Below, piece after piece: positions 1 through 7,820 of a stretch of 33,374 bases of DNA. This DNA is from Candidatus Omnitrophota bacterium (GTDB lineage Bacteria; Omnitrophota; Gorgyraeia; Gygaellales; Profunditerraquicolaceae), in assembly GCA_020063525.1 (NCBI GenBank), contig JAGUUJ010000104.1, forward strand, positions 1 through 33,374, in the 5' to 3' direction. Each line of letters starts with the position of its first letter. Position 1 is the first letter of the stretch. A model generated the notes under the pieces. That model was given only the letters and a program-made list of their open reading frames with translations, had not been told where the DNA came from and did no database searches. Both the position numbers and the translations under genes were made by a program.

Positions 1-34
1 AAATTTGCCCTTGACGGAAACTGCTGAATTCTTT

Positions 35-517
35 TTACTTTGGGCTCTCTTTGTTTTCATCTTTCGCTACCTTCAAATTCTTTAATCCTTCTACTGTTGC
101 CTTTATTACATTTAAAGGCGTGTTCGATTTGAGACATTTGGTTAAGATATCTTTTATGCCTACTGATTCGCATACTGCCCTGACCGGGCCAGCAGCAATT
201 ACGCCTGTTCCTTCTGATGCGGGCTTCAGGAGGACTTTAGCTGCACCAAATTCACCTACAATTTCATGAGGTATGGTAGAGCCTTCCAGGGGAATGGTGA
301 AAAGTTCTCTTTTTGCCTTTATCAGGCCTTTACGAATTGCATCCGCAACTTCATTTGCCTTACCTAAAGCAAAACCCATGCGGCCCTTAGTGTCTCCCAC
401 AACTACCAGTGCGCTAAAAGACATCTTTTTACCGCCCTTAGTTACCTTTGTTACGCGGTTAATGGTAATAACCTTCTCAATAAATTCATGGTGTTGCTCG
501 ATTTTTAATTCTTGCAT
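35..517 (-). CDS. rpsE: 30S ribosomal protein S5
   Basis: 160-aa ORF with the S5 signature ([31 protein letters not shown]). Follows L18 in spc-cluster order. AAGGAG lies about 9 nt 5' of the ATG. Confidence 0.97.
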   Translation of the reverse strand: MQELKIEQHHEFIEKVITINRVTKVTKGGKKMSFSALVVVGDTKGRMGFALGKANEVADAIRKGLIKAKRELFTIPLEGSTIPHEIVGEFGAAKVLLKPASEGTGVIAAGPVRAVCESVGIKDILTKCLKSNTPLNVIKATVEGLKNLKVAKDENKESPK

Positions 518-531
518 TATTTAAAGCTCCT

Positions 532-894
532 TTAGAATTCTAGGCCGCCTTTTCTCAATGCTTCAGCAAAGGCCCTGATTCTGCCTTGATATAAATAGCC
601 AGCACGGTCAAAGACAATCTTAGTAATTCCTTTTTCTTTCGCTCTTCTGGCAAAAACCTCACCGAAAAATCCAGCTGCTTTTACGTTTCCGGCGTAAGCA
701 AATTTATCTTTTACTTCTTTATCAAACGTAGTTAAAGAAAATAATGTTTTGTTATTTGTATCGTCAATAACTTGCGCACTGAGGTTTTTTAATGTCCTGT
801 GCACGATTAAACGCGGCCTCTGTTCGCTACCTTGCATATGTACGCGGATACGCCGATGCCTTTTAAGTCTTAACGGTTCTTTTTTCTCTTTCAT
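532..894 (-). CDS. rplR: 50S ribosomal protein L18
   Basis: 120-aa ORF with a basic N-terminus (RLKRHRRIR) and a FDRAGYLYQGRIRAFAEALRKGGLEF C-terminus typical of L18. Sits between L6 and S5. Confidence 0.96.
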   Translation of the reverse strand: MKEKKEPLRLKRHRRIRVHMQGSEQRPRLIVHRTLKNLSAQVIDDTNNKTLFSLTTFDKEVKDKFAYAGNVKAAGFFGEVFARRAKEKGITKIVFDRAGYLYQGRIRAFAEALRKGGLEF

Positions 895-896
895 TC

Positions 897-1445
897 TTAC
901 TTAGTCGTTGTGGCTTGGGCTTTACCGATTTTCTTCTTTACATATTCACCCGAATAACGGATACCTTTACCTTTATATGGTTCGGGTGGATATATGGCGC
1001 GTATTTCAGAAGCTACTTCGCCCACCTTTTCTTTATCAATACCCCTTACTATAATTTGTGTCTGTTTTGGCGTTTCTATCTTTATGCCCTCCGGAATAGG
1101 AAAATTTACCGGATGAGAAAAACCTAACTGCATATTTAAGTTATTGCCCTGGACTTGTGCACGGAAACCAACGCCTATTATTTCTAATTCCTTAACATAT
1201 CCTTCGGTCGTGCCTTTGATCATATTAAAAATCAAGGCGCGGTAAAGACCGTGCAGGGATTTATCAAGTTTTGTATCGGCTACCCGGCTCAAAAAGAGTT
1301 GATTATCTTTGAGCTCGACGGTAATCCTATCCGACAAATGCAGGATTAAATTACCCTTAGGGCCTCCAACAGAAACCACCCTATCCTTAACTTCGATTTT
1401 TACGTCCTTGGGAATAACTACAGGTTTTTTGCCGATTCTTGACAT
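897..1445 (-). CDS. rplF: 50S ribosomal protein L6
   Basis: 182-aa ORF starting MSRIGKKPVVIPKDVKIE, with GFSHPV and YKGKGIRY motifs. Conserved spc position. Confidence 0.97.
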   Translation of the reverse strand: MSRIGKKPVVIPKDVKIEVKDRVVSVGGPKGNLILHLSDRITVELKDNQLFLSRVADTKLDKSLHGLYRALIFNMIKGTTEGYVKELEIIGVGFRAQVQGNNLNMQLGFSHPVNFPIPEGIKIETPKQTQIIVRGIDKEKVGEVASEIRAIYPPEPYKGKGIRYSGEYVKKKIGKAQATTTK

Positions 1446-1547
1446 TCGTCGCTATCGCTCCTCGTTACACGAATTTGCACGAATTTTTATCGAATTCGCA
1501 CGAATAATTCGTGTTAATTTGACATTTCATTCGTGTTAATTCGTGTA
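1446..1547 (-). repeat. Family C element, copy C1 (rpsH stop to rplF start)
   Basis: It fills the whole gap. The minus strand has three ACACGAAT words followed by three complementary ATTCGTG words, giving a nested segmented hairpin. It ends in GAGGAGCGATAGCGACGA directly before the ATG. The 3' 35 nt are near-identical to copy C2. Confidence 0.8.
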
Positions 1548-1943
1548 TCACCAAATATAACCGATGACTTCTCCGCCCAATCCTAATTTCTTCGCTTCCT
1601 CGCCGGTTGTAATACCTTTAGAGGTGGAGATAATCGCCAGGCCCCTGCCCCTTAAAACAGAAGGGATTTTCTCGTGATTTACATATACGCGTAACCCTGG
1701 CTTAGATACGCGTTTTATGTTTTTTATTGCCGGCTTGCCCGAAATATATTTTAAATAAATCCTCAGATAACCCTGTTTTTTGTCCTCTATAAGTTTAAAA
1801 TTATCGATGTAGCTCTCATTTTTTAAAATATCTAAGATAGACTTTATCTGTTTAGATGCAGGCACATCTAAATTTTCTTTTTTTGCCATTATAGCATTGC
1901 GAATCATGGTAAAGGTATCTGCAATTAAATCGGTTCGAGACAT
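1548..1943 (-). CDS. rpsH: 30S ribosomal protein S8
   Basis: 131-aa ORF starting MSRTDLIADTFTMIRNA and ending GGEVIGYIW, both typical of S8. Conserved spc order. Confidence 0.97.
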   Translation of the reverse strand: MSRTDLIADTFTMIRNAIMAKKENLDVPASKQIKSILDILKNESYIDNFKLIEDKKQGYLRIYLKYISGKPAIKNIKRVSKPGLRVYVNHEKIPSVLRGRGLAIISTSKGITTGEEAKKLGLGGEVIGYIW

Positions 1944-1983
1944 TTTCCCTCACTTTGTTCGGGAGTTTACTGTTAACTAATAT

Positions 1984-2169
1984 TTACCAACTTGCCTTCT
2001 TGACACCGGGTATTAAACCCTGCCATGCCAGTTCCCTGAAGCAAATACGGCAAAGCTGAAATCTTCTTAAATAACCGCCGGACCTACCGCAAATAGAACA
2101 ACGGTTATATTTGCGCGCAGAAAACTTCGGAGTTCTCTTCCATCTTGCTAACTGTGAATTTTTTGCCAA
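1984..2169 (-). CDS. rpsN: 30S ribosomal protein S14, type Z (zinc form)
   Basis: 61-aa ORF with CxxC...CxxC (CSICGR...CRICFRE) and a KKASW C-terminus. Confidence 0.96.
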   Translation of the reverse strand: MAKNSQLARWKRTPKFSARKYNRCSICGRSGGYLRRFQLCRICFRELAWQGLIPGVKKASW

Positions 2170-2182
2170 CTTATATCCTCAC

Positions 2183-2737
2183 TTAGTCATTTGCCGTGCG
2201 AAAAGGCATGCCAAATAATTTCAATAATTCCCGCGCCTGTTCTTTAGATTTAACGTTTTTAATCACCATGGTAATATCCATACCCTGCATCCGGCTTACC
2301 TTATCATAATCTATCTCAGGAAATATGCTCTGTTCACTAATACCTAAAGTATAATTACCGGCCTCGTCGAATGAATCGGGAGAGATACCACGGAAATCAC
2401 GGATGCGCGGAAGGGCAATGCTTATTAACCTATCAAGAAATTCATACATAATTGTCCGCCTAAGAGTAACTTTGCATCCGATAGGTAGGCCTTTCCTAAT
2501 TTTGAAATTTGCAATCGCCTTTTTTGCACGCCTTAAAATGGGTTTCTGCCCGGTAATTAAGCTGAGTTCTTCCATGGCCTTCTCCAAAATCTTGATATCC
2601 TGCAAAGCCTCTCCCACCCCCATATTTACAACTATTTTTTCTAAGCGCGGAACCTCCAACCTATTTTTCAAAGAGAAAATCTCCATCATCTTGGGTATAA
2701 TTTCATTCCTGTACTTTTCCAATAAGCGGGGAGTCAT
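2183..2737 (-). CDS. rplE: 50S ribosomal protein L5
   Basis: 184-aa ORF with L5 motifs (VVNMGVGEA, ITGQKP, GNYTLGI.EQ.IFPEI). Conserved spc order. Confidence 0.97.
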   Translation of the reverse strand: MTPRLLEKYRNEIIPKMMEIFSLKNRLEVPRLEKIVVNMGVGEALQDIKILEKAMEELSLITGQKPILRRAKKAIANFKIRKGLPIGCKVTLRRTIMYEFLDRLISIALPRIRDFRGISPDSFDEAGNYTLGISEQSIFPEIDYDKVSRMQGMDITMVIKNVKSKEQARELLKLFGMPFRTAND

Positions 2738-2739
2738 GT

Positions 2740-3051
2740 TTATATTGTCTCTTTACAATCTTTACAAAACCTTGATTTAGTTCCGTCTTTTAAAATTGAA
2801 AAGCCCACTCTCCTGCCGCGGTTGCAATTCTTGCAGAATAACATAAGATTGGAAAGGCTGATTGGCATCTCGATAGGTACGATACCACCCTTTTCATCTT
2901 CGCGAGTTTTTCGTTTGTGTTTCTTGACTAAATTTATACCTTCTACGATAGCGCGGCCATTTGAGATAAAAACCTTAAGCACTTTGCCCTTTTTACCTCT
3001 ATCCTTACCTTTAGTTATCTCTACCGTATCGCCTTTTCTTATCTTTAACAT
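2740..3051 (-). CDS. rplX: 50S ribosomal protein L24 (C-terminal Cys4 motif)
   Basis: 103-aa ORF with a KOW-type N-terminus (IRKGDTVEITKGKDRGKKGKV). The C-terminus reads CKNC...RVGF...CKDC. Confidence 0.95.
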   Translation of the reverse strand: MLKIRKGDTVEITKGKDRGKKGKVLKVFISNGRAIVEGINLVKKHKRKTREDEKGGIVPIEMPISLSNLMLFCKNCNRGRRVGFSILKDGTKSRFCKDCKETI

Positions 3052-3062
3052 TTTTTAGTAAA

Positions 3063-3431
3063 TTAAATAACTTCCGGCGCTAAAGATATAATCTTAGTAA
3101 AATTCTTCTCTCTTAATTCCCTTGCTACCGGGCCAAAAACACGCGTGCCCCTGGGGTTTAACTGAGCGTCTATGAATACGATGGCATTCCGGTCGAATCT
3201 TAATACTGAGCCGTCCGCACGCCTTATCGGCTGCTTTGTTCTAACCAACACTGCTTTGGCAACTTCGCCTTTTTTGACAGTCGCTCCAGGAGAAGATTCT
3301 TTTATATTAACATTAATAATATCTCCTATTTCGGCAATAAAACAATTTTTCTTTCCAAAAACTGTGATACAGGAAGCGCGCTTAGCGCCGGTATTGTCAG
3401 CAACGTCCAGAATACTACGTAATTGAATCAT
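3063..3431 (-). CDS. rplN: 50S ribosomal protein L14
   Basis: The tracked ORF runs 3063..3509, but the canonical L14 N-terminus [17 protein letters not shown] begins at the ATG at 3429-3431, preceded by GAAGGAG. The 26-codon upstream extension lies inside repeat A1 and the rpsQ 3' end. Confidence 0.95.
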   Translation of the reverse strand: MIQLRSILDVADNTGAKRASCITVFGKKNCFIAEIGDIINVNIKESSPGATVKKGEVAKAVLVRTKQPIRRADGSVLRFDRNAIVFIDAQLNPRGTRVFGPVARELREKNFTKIISLAPEVI

Positions 3432-3446
3432 TATATTTGCTCCTTC

Positions 3447-3501
3447 AATGAGCACATAACTTATGGAGCACGAAGTGCGACATAAGTTATAAGTGCGAAT
3501 T
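3447..3501 (-). repeat. Family A hairpin element, copy A1 (upstream of rplN, overlapping the rpsQ 3' end)
   Basis: Minus strand reads AATTCGCACTTATAACTTA..(loop)..TAAGTTATGTGCTCATT. The stems are GCAC/GTGC (4 bp) and ATAACTTA/TAAGTTAT (8 bp), separated by a 2-nt bulge. The same element occurs at 6656-6708 and 8807-8859. Confidence 0.85.
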
Positions 3502-3765
3502 GATATCAACGCGGGATGCCTGCGCTTTTTTCATAACCTCAATAAGCCTGAAGTGCTTATCTTTTGATAAGGCCCTAGTTTCTTCTATCCTGACCATATC
3601 GCCTATCTTGGCGGTATTCTTTTCATCGTGGACCTTAAATTTATTATGGCTTTTAATAATCTTGCCGTATTTAGGATGCTTGCTCATGTGCGTTATCCTG
3701 ACAATAATAGTTTTTTGCATCTTGTCGCTTATAACTGTCCCAATAAAACCTTTTCTTTTACCCAT
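3487..3765 (-). CDS. rpsQ: 30S ribosomal protein S17
   Basis: 92-aa ORF with S17 motifs ([35 protein letters not shown]). Its last codons (N S H L stop) lie inside repeat A1. Confidence 0.96.
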   Translation of the reverse strand: MGKRKGFIGTVISDKMQKTIIVRITHMSKHPKYGKIIKSHNKFKVHDEKNTAKIGDMVRIEETRALSKDKHFRLIEVMKKAQASRVDINSHL

Positions 3766-3825
3766 TCGTCGCTATCGCTCCTCATTACACGAATTCTCAC
3801 AAATTTTTATTCGTGCGAATCCGTG
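3766..3825 (-). repeat. Family C element, copy C2 (rpmC stop to rpsQ start)
   Basis: Minus strand reads CACGGATTCGCACGAATAAAAATTTGTGAGAATTCGTGTAATGAGGAGCGATAGCGACGA followed by ATG. It shares the CACGAAT/ATTCGTG words and the 18-nt tail with C1. Confidence 0.8.
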
Positions 3826-4011
3826 CTATTTTTTCTCATTCAAGATAGTTTTTATTCTTGCGATATCCCTTTTTAACAAAAAAAACATATGCGGTTTATC
3901 CACCCTGCCGCCATAGCGTTGCATATTAAGCTTGAATAATTCTTCCTTAAGGCTTTTTCCTTTTTGTAATAATTCTTCTCTGGTGAGATTGCGTAATTCT
4001 TTAGTTTTCAT
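3826..4011 (-). CDS. rpmC: 50S ribosomal protein L29
   Basis: 61-aa ORF starting MKTKELRNLTREEL, with ELFKL typical of L29. Sits between L16 and S17. Confidence 0.95.
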   Translation of the reverse strand: MKTKELRNLTREELLQKGKSLKEELFKLNMQRYGGRVDKPHMFFLLKRDIARIKTILNEKK

Positions 4012-4014
4012 TCT

Positions 4015-4431
4015 TTATCTATGCGTGCGTGTTATAAATTTTGTTTTAAAAGGTAATTTATATGCGGCTAACCTGAAACATCTGCGCGCAAATTCTTCCG
4101 GCACACCTCCTAATTCAAATAGGACTTTCCCTCTTTTAACAACCGCAACCCAGTGGTCGAGATCCCCCTTACCCTTACCCATACGTACTTCTGCGGGTTT
4201 CTTAGTTATAGACTTATCAGGAAAAACCCTTATCCAGAGCTTTCCGCCTCTATGCAGCTGACGGGCGAGAATTACGCGGACCGCTTCTATCTGAGTATTC
4301 TTAAACCAGCCATTTTCTAAAGTCTTTAACCCGAATTCACCGAAAGCCAAATCGCAACCGGTAGTGGCCACTCCCCGCTTGGTCCCGCGTTGCAACTTGC
4401 GATATTTGACCCTCTTGGGCATCAAAACCAT
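4015..4431 (-). CDS. rplP: 50S ribosomal protein L16
   Basis: 138-aa ORF starting [12 protein letters not shown], with the RMGKGKG motif. GGGGA lies 5' of the ATG. Confidence 0.97.
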   Translation of the reverse strand: MVLMPKRVKYRKLQRGTKRGVATTGCDLAFGEFGLKTLENGWFKNTQIEAVRVILARQLHRGGKLWIRVFPDKSITKKPAEVRMGKGKGDLDHWVAVVKRGKVLFELGGVPEEFARRCFRLAAYKLPFKTKFITRTHR

Positions 4432-4448
4432 TTTATCCCCGTTCTTTG

Positions 4449-5138
4449 TTAAGCTGTTCTTTGTGCGCCAGTTTCTATATTTTCAGTTTCAGCTTCTTTG
4501 GCAGTCTTTTTGATAAGGATATCGCCTTTATAAATCCAGACTTTAACCCCGATTAAGCCGTATGTAGTGAGGCTTTCTGCAAAACCATAATCTATATCTG
4601 CGCGTAGCGTTGACAGCGGAATTTTTCCTTGTTTATATGTCTCTGTCCGCGACATCTCGGCACCCCCTAACCTGCCTGCGCAGGTTATTTTTATACCTTC
4701 TGCACCTTGACTCATTGTTTGCTCAATTGCGCGTTTTACTGCCCTGCGGAATGCTATTCTTTTTTCTAATTGCAATGCTACATTCTCCCCTACCAATTGG
4801 GCATCTAATGCGGGTTTTTTTACTTCTTCTATATCGATGGATAATTCTTTTTTGAGCATATTATTTAAATCTTCCCTTAAACGTTCAATATCTGAGCCGT
4901 GACGGCCGATTATTATCCCGGGCCTTGCAGTTAATATCCGGATTTTAATACGTTCCGCTAATCTTTCTATTATAACCTTTGAAATAGCTGCTTGCTTAAA
5001 CCTTGTTTTAATAAATTTTCTAATATCATAATCTTCTTTGATAAATTTTGCATAGTCTTTTGGTTTAGCAAACCACCTGCTATGCCAAGTCCTGATGATA
5101 CCTATTCTTTGCAGAAACGGATGTACCTTTTGTCCCAT
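4449..5138 (-). CDS. rpsC: 30S ribosomal protein S3
   Basis: 229-aa ORF starting MGQKVHP, with KH-domain and [10 protein letters not shown] motifs. Confidence 0.97.
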   Translation of the reverse strand: MGQKVHPFLQRIGIIRTWHSRWFAKPKDYAKFIKEDYDIRKFIKTRFKQAAISKVIIERLAERIKIRILTARPGIIIGRHGSDIERLREDLNNMLKKELSIDIEEVKKPALDAQLVGENVALQLEKRIAFRRAVKRAIEQTMSQGAEGIKITCAGRLGGAEMSRTETYKQGKIPLSTLRADIDYGFAESLTTYGLIGVKVWIYKGDILIKKTAKEAETENIETGAQRTA

Positions 5139-5188
5139 CTTTTTAGTTAATTTGTTAATTGGTTAATTAACTACTCACCACTCACTAA
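5139..5188 (-). repeat. Family D element, copy D1 (rplV stop to rpsC start)
   Basis: Minus strand reads TTAGTGAGTGGTGAGTAGTTAATTAACCAATTAACAAATTAACTAAAAAG. It shares GGTGAGTAGTTAA and TAATTAACCAA with copy D2. TAGTTAATT/AATTAACTA is a 9-bp inverted repeat. Confidence 0.7.
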
Positions 5189-5524
5189 TTAACCAGGTTT
5201 AATATCCAATTCTATACTAATATGCGAAGTCCTTTTTTTTATAGGCACTGCCCTGCCGAATGCAGCTGCCTTAAATCTTTTCCAACTCGGGCCTTCATTA
5301 CAGACTAGCTTCGATATATAAAGCTGTTCCGCATTAAAACCTTTTACTTTGGCATTAGCAGTAACCTGTTTTAATATTTTTTTTAAATATGCACAGGGCC
5401 CTTTATTTAAATTATTAAGGAGTGCCGTAGCGCCGGGAACATCTTTATAACGGATTAAATCTATTACCTGCCTTACTTTTACCGGTGAAATCCTGATAAA
5501 TTTTACCTCTGCCTTTGCTATCAT
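5189..5524 (-). CDS. rplV: 50S ribosomal protein L22
   Basis: 111-aa ORF. Typical L22 sequence (RISPVKVRQVIDLIR) and C-terminal TSHI.I.L. Confidence 0.96.
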   Translation of the reverse strand: MIAKAEVKFIRISPVKVRQVIDLIRYKDVPGATALLNNLNKGPCAYLKKILKQVTANAKVKGFNAEQLYISKLVCNEGPSWKRFKAAAFGRAVPIKKRTSHISIELDIKPG

Positions 5525-5527
5525 GTG

Positions 5528-5815
5528 TTATGTCTTCTCTGCAGCTTTTTTGGCCTTTACTCCGCCGTGTTTTCTGAATATACGCGTAGGTGCAAATTCC
5601 CCTAGCTTATGGCCAACCATATTCTCAGTTATAAAAACAGGTATATGTTTCCTACCGTCATACACAGCAAAAGTCAAACCCACAAAATCCGGTATGATGG
5701 TTGAACGCCTCGACCATGTTTTTATCGCCTGGCGCACGCCTGAACGCCTCAGCCTTTCCACTTTCTCTAATAATCTTCCTTCTACAAACGGACCTTTTTT
5801 TAGCGACCGCGGCAT
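5528..5815 (-). CDS. rpsS: 30S ribosomal protein S19
   Basis: 95-aa ORF starting [11 protein letters not shown], with [12 protein letters not shown]. Confidence 0.97.
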   Translation of the reverse strand: MPRSLKKGPFVEGRLLEKVERLRRSGVRQAIKTWSRRSTIIPDFVGLTFAVYDGRKHIPVFITENMVGHKLGEFAPTRIFRKHGGVKAKKAAEKT

Positions 5816-5817
5816 AG

Positions 5818-6651
5818 TTATTTCCTTCTTTTGATAATGAATTTATCAGAATATTTGGTTTTTTTCCTTGTTTTATAACCTTTAGTGGGTTGACCCCAAG
5901 GGCTTACAGGATGAGGATTGCCCTGTCCGGATTTTCCTTCACCACCGCCGTGCGGATGATCTACAGGATTCATTGCCAGGCCCCTAACTGTCGGTCTTAT
6001 TCCCCGCCAGCGCATTCTTCCTGCTTTACCCCACGTAATTGCTTCATGCTCTATATTACTAACCTGTCCTATGGTAGCGTGGCAATCTAAGCTTATATGC
6101 CTTACCTCTCCGGAAGGAAGCCTTATATGAGCTGATGTTTCTTCTTTCGCCATAATCTGCGCAGATGCGCCCGCGCTCCTTACAATCTGGCCACCCATAC
6201 CTTTCATTAATTCAATGTTATGAATCATGGTTCCCGAAGGAATGTATCTTAAAAGAAGGGTATTTCCGGTTTTTATCTCGGCATTCTTTTCATTAGATGA
6301 AATAATTTCACTACCTACCTTTAACCCTTCAGGGCATATGATATATCTTCTTTGTTTATTAGGATATTCTACTAAGGCAAGCCTTGCTGTCCGGTTCGGG
6401 TCATATTCAATTGCAATTACTTTTGCGGGTACATCAAATAAATCCCTCTTAAAATCGATAATACGCAACAGCCTTTTATGCCCGCCTCCCCTGTGCCTTA
6501 CGGTTATACGGCCATAAACGTTCCTGCCGCCGGTTCTCTTAAGCGGAAGGGTTAATGATTTTTCAGGTTTACTTTTGGTAATCTCTGAAAAATCATTCCC
6601 GCTCATCCAGCGTCTTGAAGGGGTTGTAGGCTTGAATTTTTTAATTCCCAT
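5818..6651 (-). CDS. rplB: 50S ribosomal protein L2
   Basis: The canonical N-terminus [14 protein letters not shown] starts at the ATG at 6649-6651. The tracked ORF start at 6666 adds MCSFN, which comes from the 3' arm of repeat A2. The HPHGGGEG motif is present. Confidence 0.96.
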   Translation of the reverse strand: MGIKKFKPTTPSRRWMSGNDFSEITKSKPEKSLTLPLKRTGGRNVYGRITVRHRGGGHKRLLRIIDFKRDLFDVPAKVIAIEYDPNRTARLALVEYPNKQRRYIICPEGLKVGSEIISSNEKNAEIKTGNTLLLRYIPSGTMIHNIELMKGMGGQIVRSAGASAQIMAKEETSAHIRLPSGEVRHISLDCHATIGQVSNIEHEAITWGKAGRMRWRGIRPTVRGLAMNPVDHPHGGGEGKSGQGNPHPVSPWGQPTKGYKTRKKTKYSDKFIIKRRK

Positions 6652-6655
6652 ATTA

Positions 6656-6708
6656 AATGAGCACATAACTTATGGAACGCAAGTGAACGTAAGTTATATG
6701 TGCGAATT
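6656..6708 (-). repeat. Family A hairpin element, copy A2 (upstream of rplB)
   Basis: Minus strand reads AATTCGCACATATAACTTACGTTCACTTGCGTTCCATAAGTTATGTGCTCATT. Same bipartite stem as A1 and A3. It ends 4 nt before the rplB ATG. Confidence 0.85.
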
Positions 6709-6711
6709 TAA

Positions 6712-6756
6712 CCCTTGACATTTTACTTATAATCAATTGCCTAAAAATGTCAAGGG
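6712..6756 (-). promoter_or_regulatory. 13-bp perfect inverted repeat with promoter-like hexamers (TTGACA-N16-TATAAG on the minus strand)
   Basis: CCCTTGACATTTT (6712-6724) pairs with AAAATGTCAAGGG (6744-6756) around a 19-nt loop. On the minus strand the -35 TTGACA is at 6748-6753 and the -10 TATAAG at 6726-6731. It lies in the rplW-rplB gap. Confidence 0.3.
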
Positions 6757-6793
6757 TAAGTTCAGCCAAACAGCTTAGCTTCGCTATCGCTTG

Positions 6794-7081
6794 CTAAACT
6801 GTGGCTCCACTTATTTTCTGTCCTTCTTTTACGGTAACTATCGCTTTTTTAGAATCAGGTGTTCTCCCGAGCTGATACCTTACCTTTTTTAGTTTTCCGC
6901 AAGATACGAGCGTATTCACTGCCTTAACCTTTACTTTATATATCTCCTCTACCGCACGTTTTATTTGAATTTTATTAGCTGTTTTATCTACCAGAAAAAG
7001 ATACTTAGCCTTTGGCTCATATAAAGTCGATTTTTCCGTTCTTAACAATGCTTTGATTATATCATGAGAAAGAAGAGTCAT
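6794..7081 (-). CDS. rplW: 50S ribosomal protein L23
   Basis: 95-aa ORF with L23 motifs (TEKS, FLVDK.ANK.QIK.AVE..Y.VKV..VNT). Overlaps the rplD stop by 4 nt. Confidence 0.95.
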   Translation of the reverse strand: MTLLSHDIIKALLRTEKSTLYEPKAKYLFLVDKTANKIQIKRAVEEIYKVKVKAVNTLVSCGKLKKVRYQLGRTPDSKKAIVTVKEGQKISGATV

Positions 7082-7746
7082 TTTTTCAACCTATTAGTTA
7101 ATTCACGCAAACCGTCTTTGGTAACAATTAATTTATTTGCTGCCAAAACCTCGTATGCATTAGTATCTTGCGCCCGATTGATACTCAAGAAATCTATATT
7201 ACGCAAAGCAAGTCTCAGATTTTTATCTAATTTATCTGATAACAAGAGTGCTTTTATAGTTTTCGTTTTAGAGTTCTTTTTGTCTTTTAGCCGGCCGACT
7301 TTTAAATTAGATAATATTTTAACAGCTTCCTTTGTTTTCGGCTGCTCTATTTTGAAGTTATCGAGCACGATAAAATTATTTTCGTTTATTTTAGCGTTCA
7401 GGCTGGATTTTAATGCCAGATTCTTAATTTTTACGGGTAGCGTGTATGAAAAATCTCTAGGATGAGGCCCGAATACAACTCCGCCGTGCCGCCATAAGGG
7501 CGAACGTATAGAGCCGACCCTAGCGCGACCGGTTCCTTTTTGTTTCCATGGTTTACGTCCACCACCCGAAACTTCCCCCATAGTCTTTGTTGATGCCAGT
7601 CCTTTTCTTTGGCCTGCCTTATAAGCAAGCACCACCTGGTGCATAGCATCGGTGTTGACTATACCGTCAAAAATACCCTGGTCAAGCTTAAGGGAATCTG
7701 TTTCTTTACCCTCTGTATTATATATAGGTAAGATTATAACTTCCAT
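7078..7746 (-). CDS. rplD: 50S ribosomal protein L4
   Basis: 222-aa ORF containing SGGGRKPWKQKGTGRAR.GS.RSPLW.HGG. Confidence 0.96.
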   Translation of the reverse strand: MEVIILPIYNTEGKETDSLKLDQGIFDGIVNTDAMHQVVLAYKAGQRKGLASTKTMGEVSGGGRKPWKQKGTGRARVGSIRSPLWRHGGVVFGPHPRDFSYTLPVKIKNLALKSSLNAKINENNFIVLDNFKIEQPKTKEAVKILSNLKVGRLKDKKNSKTKTIKALLLSDKLDKNLRLALRNIDFLSINRAQDTNAYEVLAANKLIVTKDGLRELTNRLKK

Positions 7747-7820
7747 TATTCTATCTTACTTAGGTCTTAGGTTCTTGGTCTTAGGTTTTTACCTAACACC
7801 TAAAACCCAACACCTAACAC
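7747..7820 (-). repeat. Family E heptamer inverted repeat (rplC stop to rplD start)
   Basis: The minus-strand 5' arm is (A/G)GGTGTT-type heptamers (GTGTTAGGTGTTGGGTTTTAGGTGTTAGGT). After an AAAA loop, the 3' arm is ACCTAAGACCAAGAACCTAAGACCTAAG. The arms pair with roughly one mismatch per heptad. Confidence 0.8.

Noticed and set aside
1-34. The 34 nt downstream of rpsE as the start of the next gene (rpmD or rplO).
   Set aside because: No start codon or recognisable N-terminus falls within the 34 nt, so the next gene must begin beyond the window edge.
3432-3509. N-terminal extensions of tracked ORFs: rplN to 3509, rplB to 6666, rpsJ to 8817, yajC to 31678, and mfd from the TTG at 29071.
   Set aside because: The canonical conserved N-termini begin at internal ATGs, in some cases with good SDs. 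The extensions are read-through of the repeat elements or of the upstream gene's 3' end.
6715-6733. Plus-strand TTGACA and TATAAT hexamers inside the 6712-6756 palindrome.
   Set aside because: The spacer is only 7 nt, which is incompatible with a sigma70-type promoter, and there is no plus-strand gene downstream. Only the minus-strand reading (N16) is retained, as a low-confidence candidate.
7431-7649. Minus-strand 72-aa ORF nested in rplD, and likewise the 64-aa ORF at 27328..27522 nested in mfd.
   Set aside because: These are alternate-frame ORFs inside strongly conserved genes. They have no SD, no homology signal and an odd composition.
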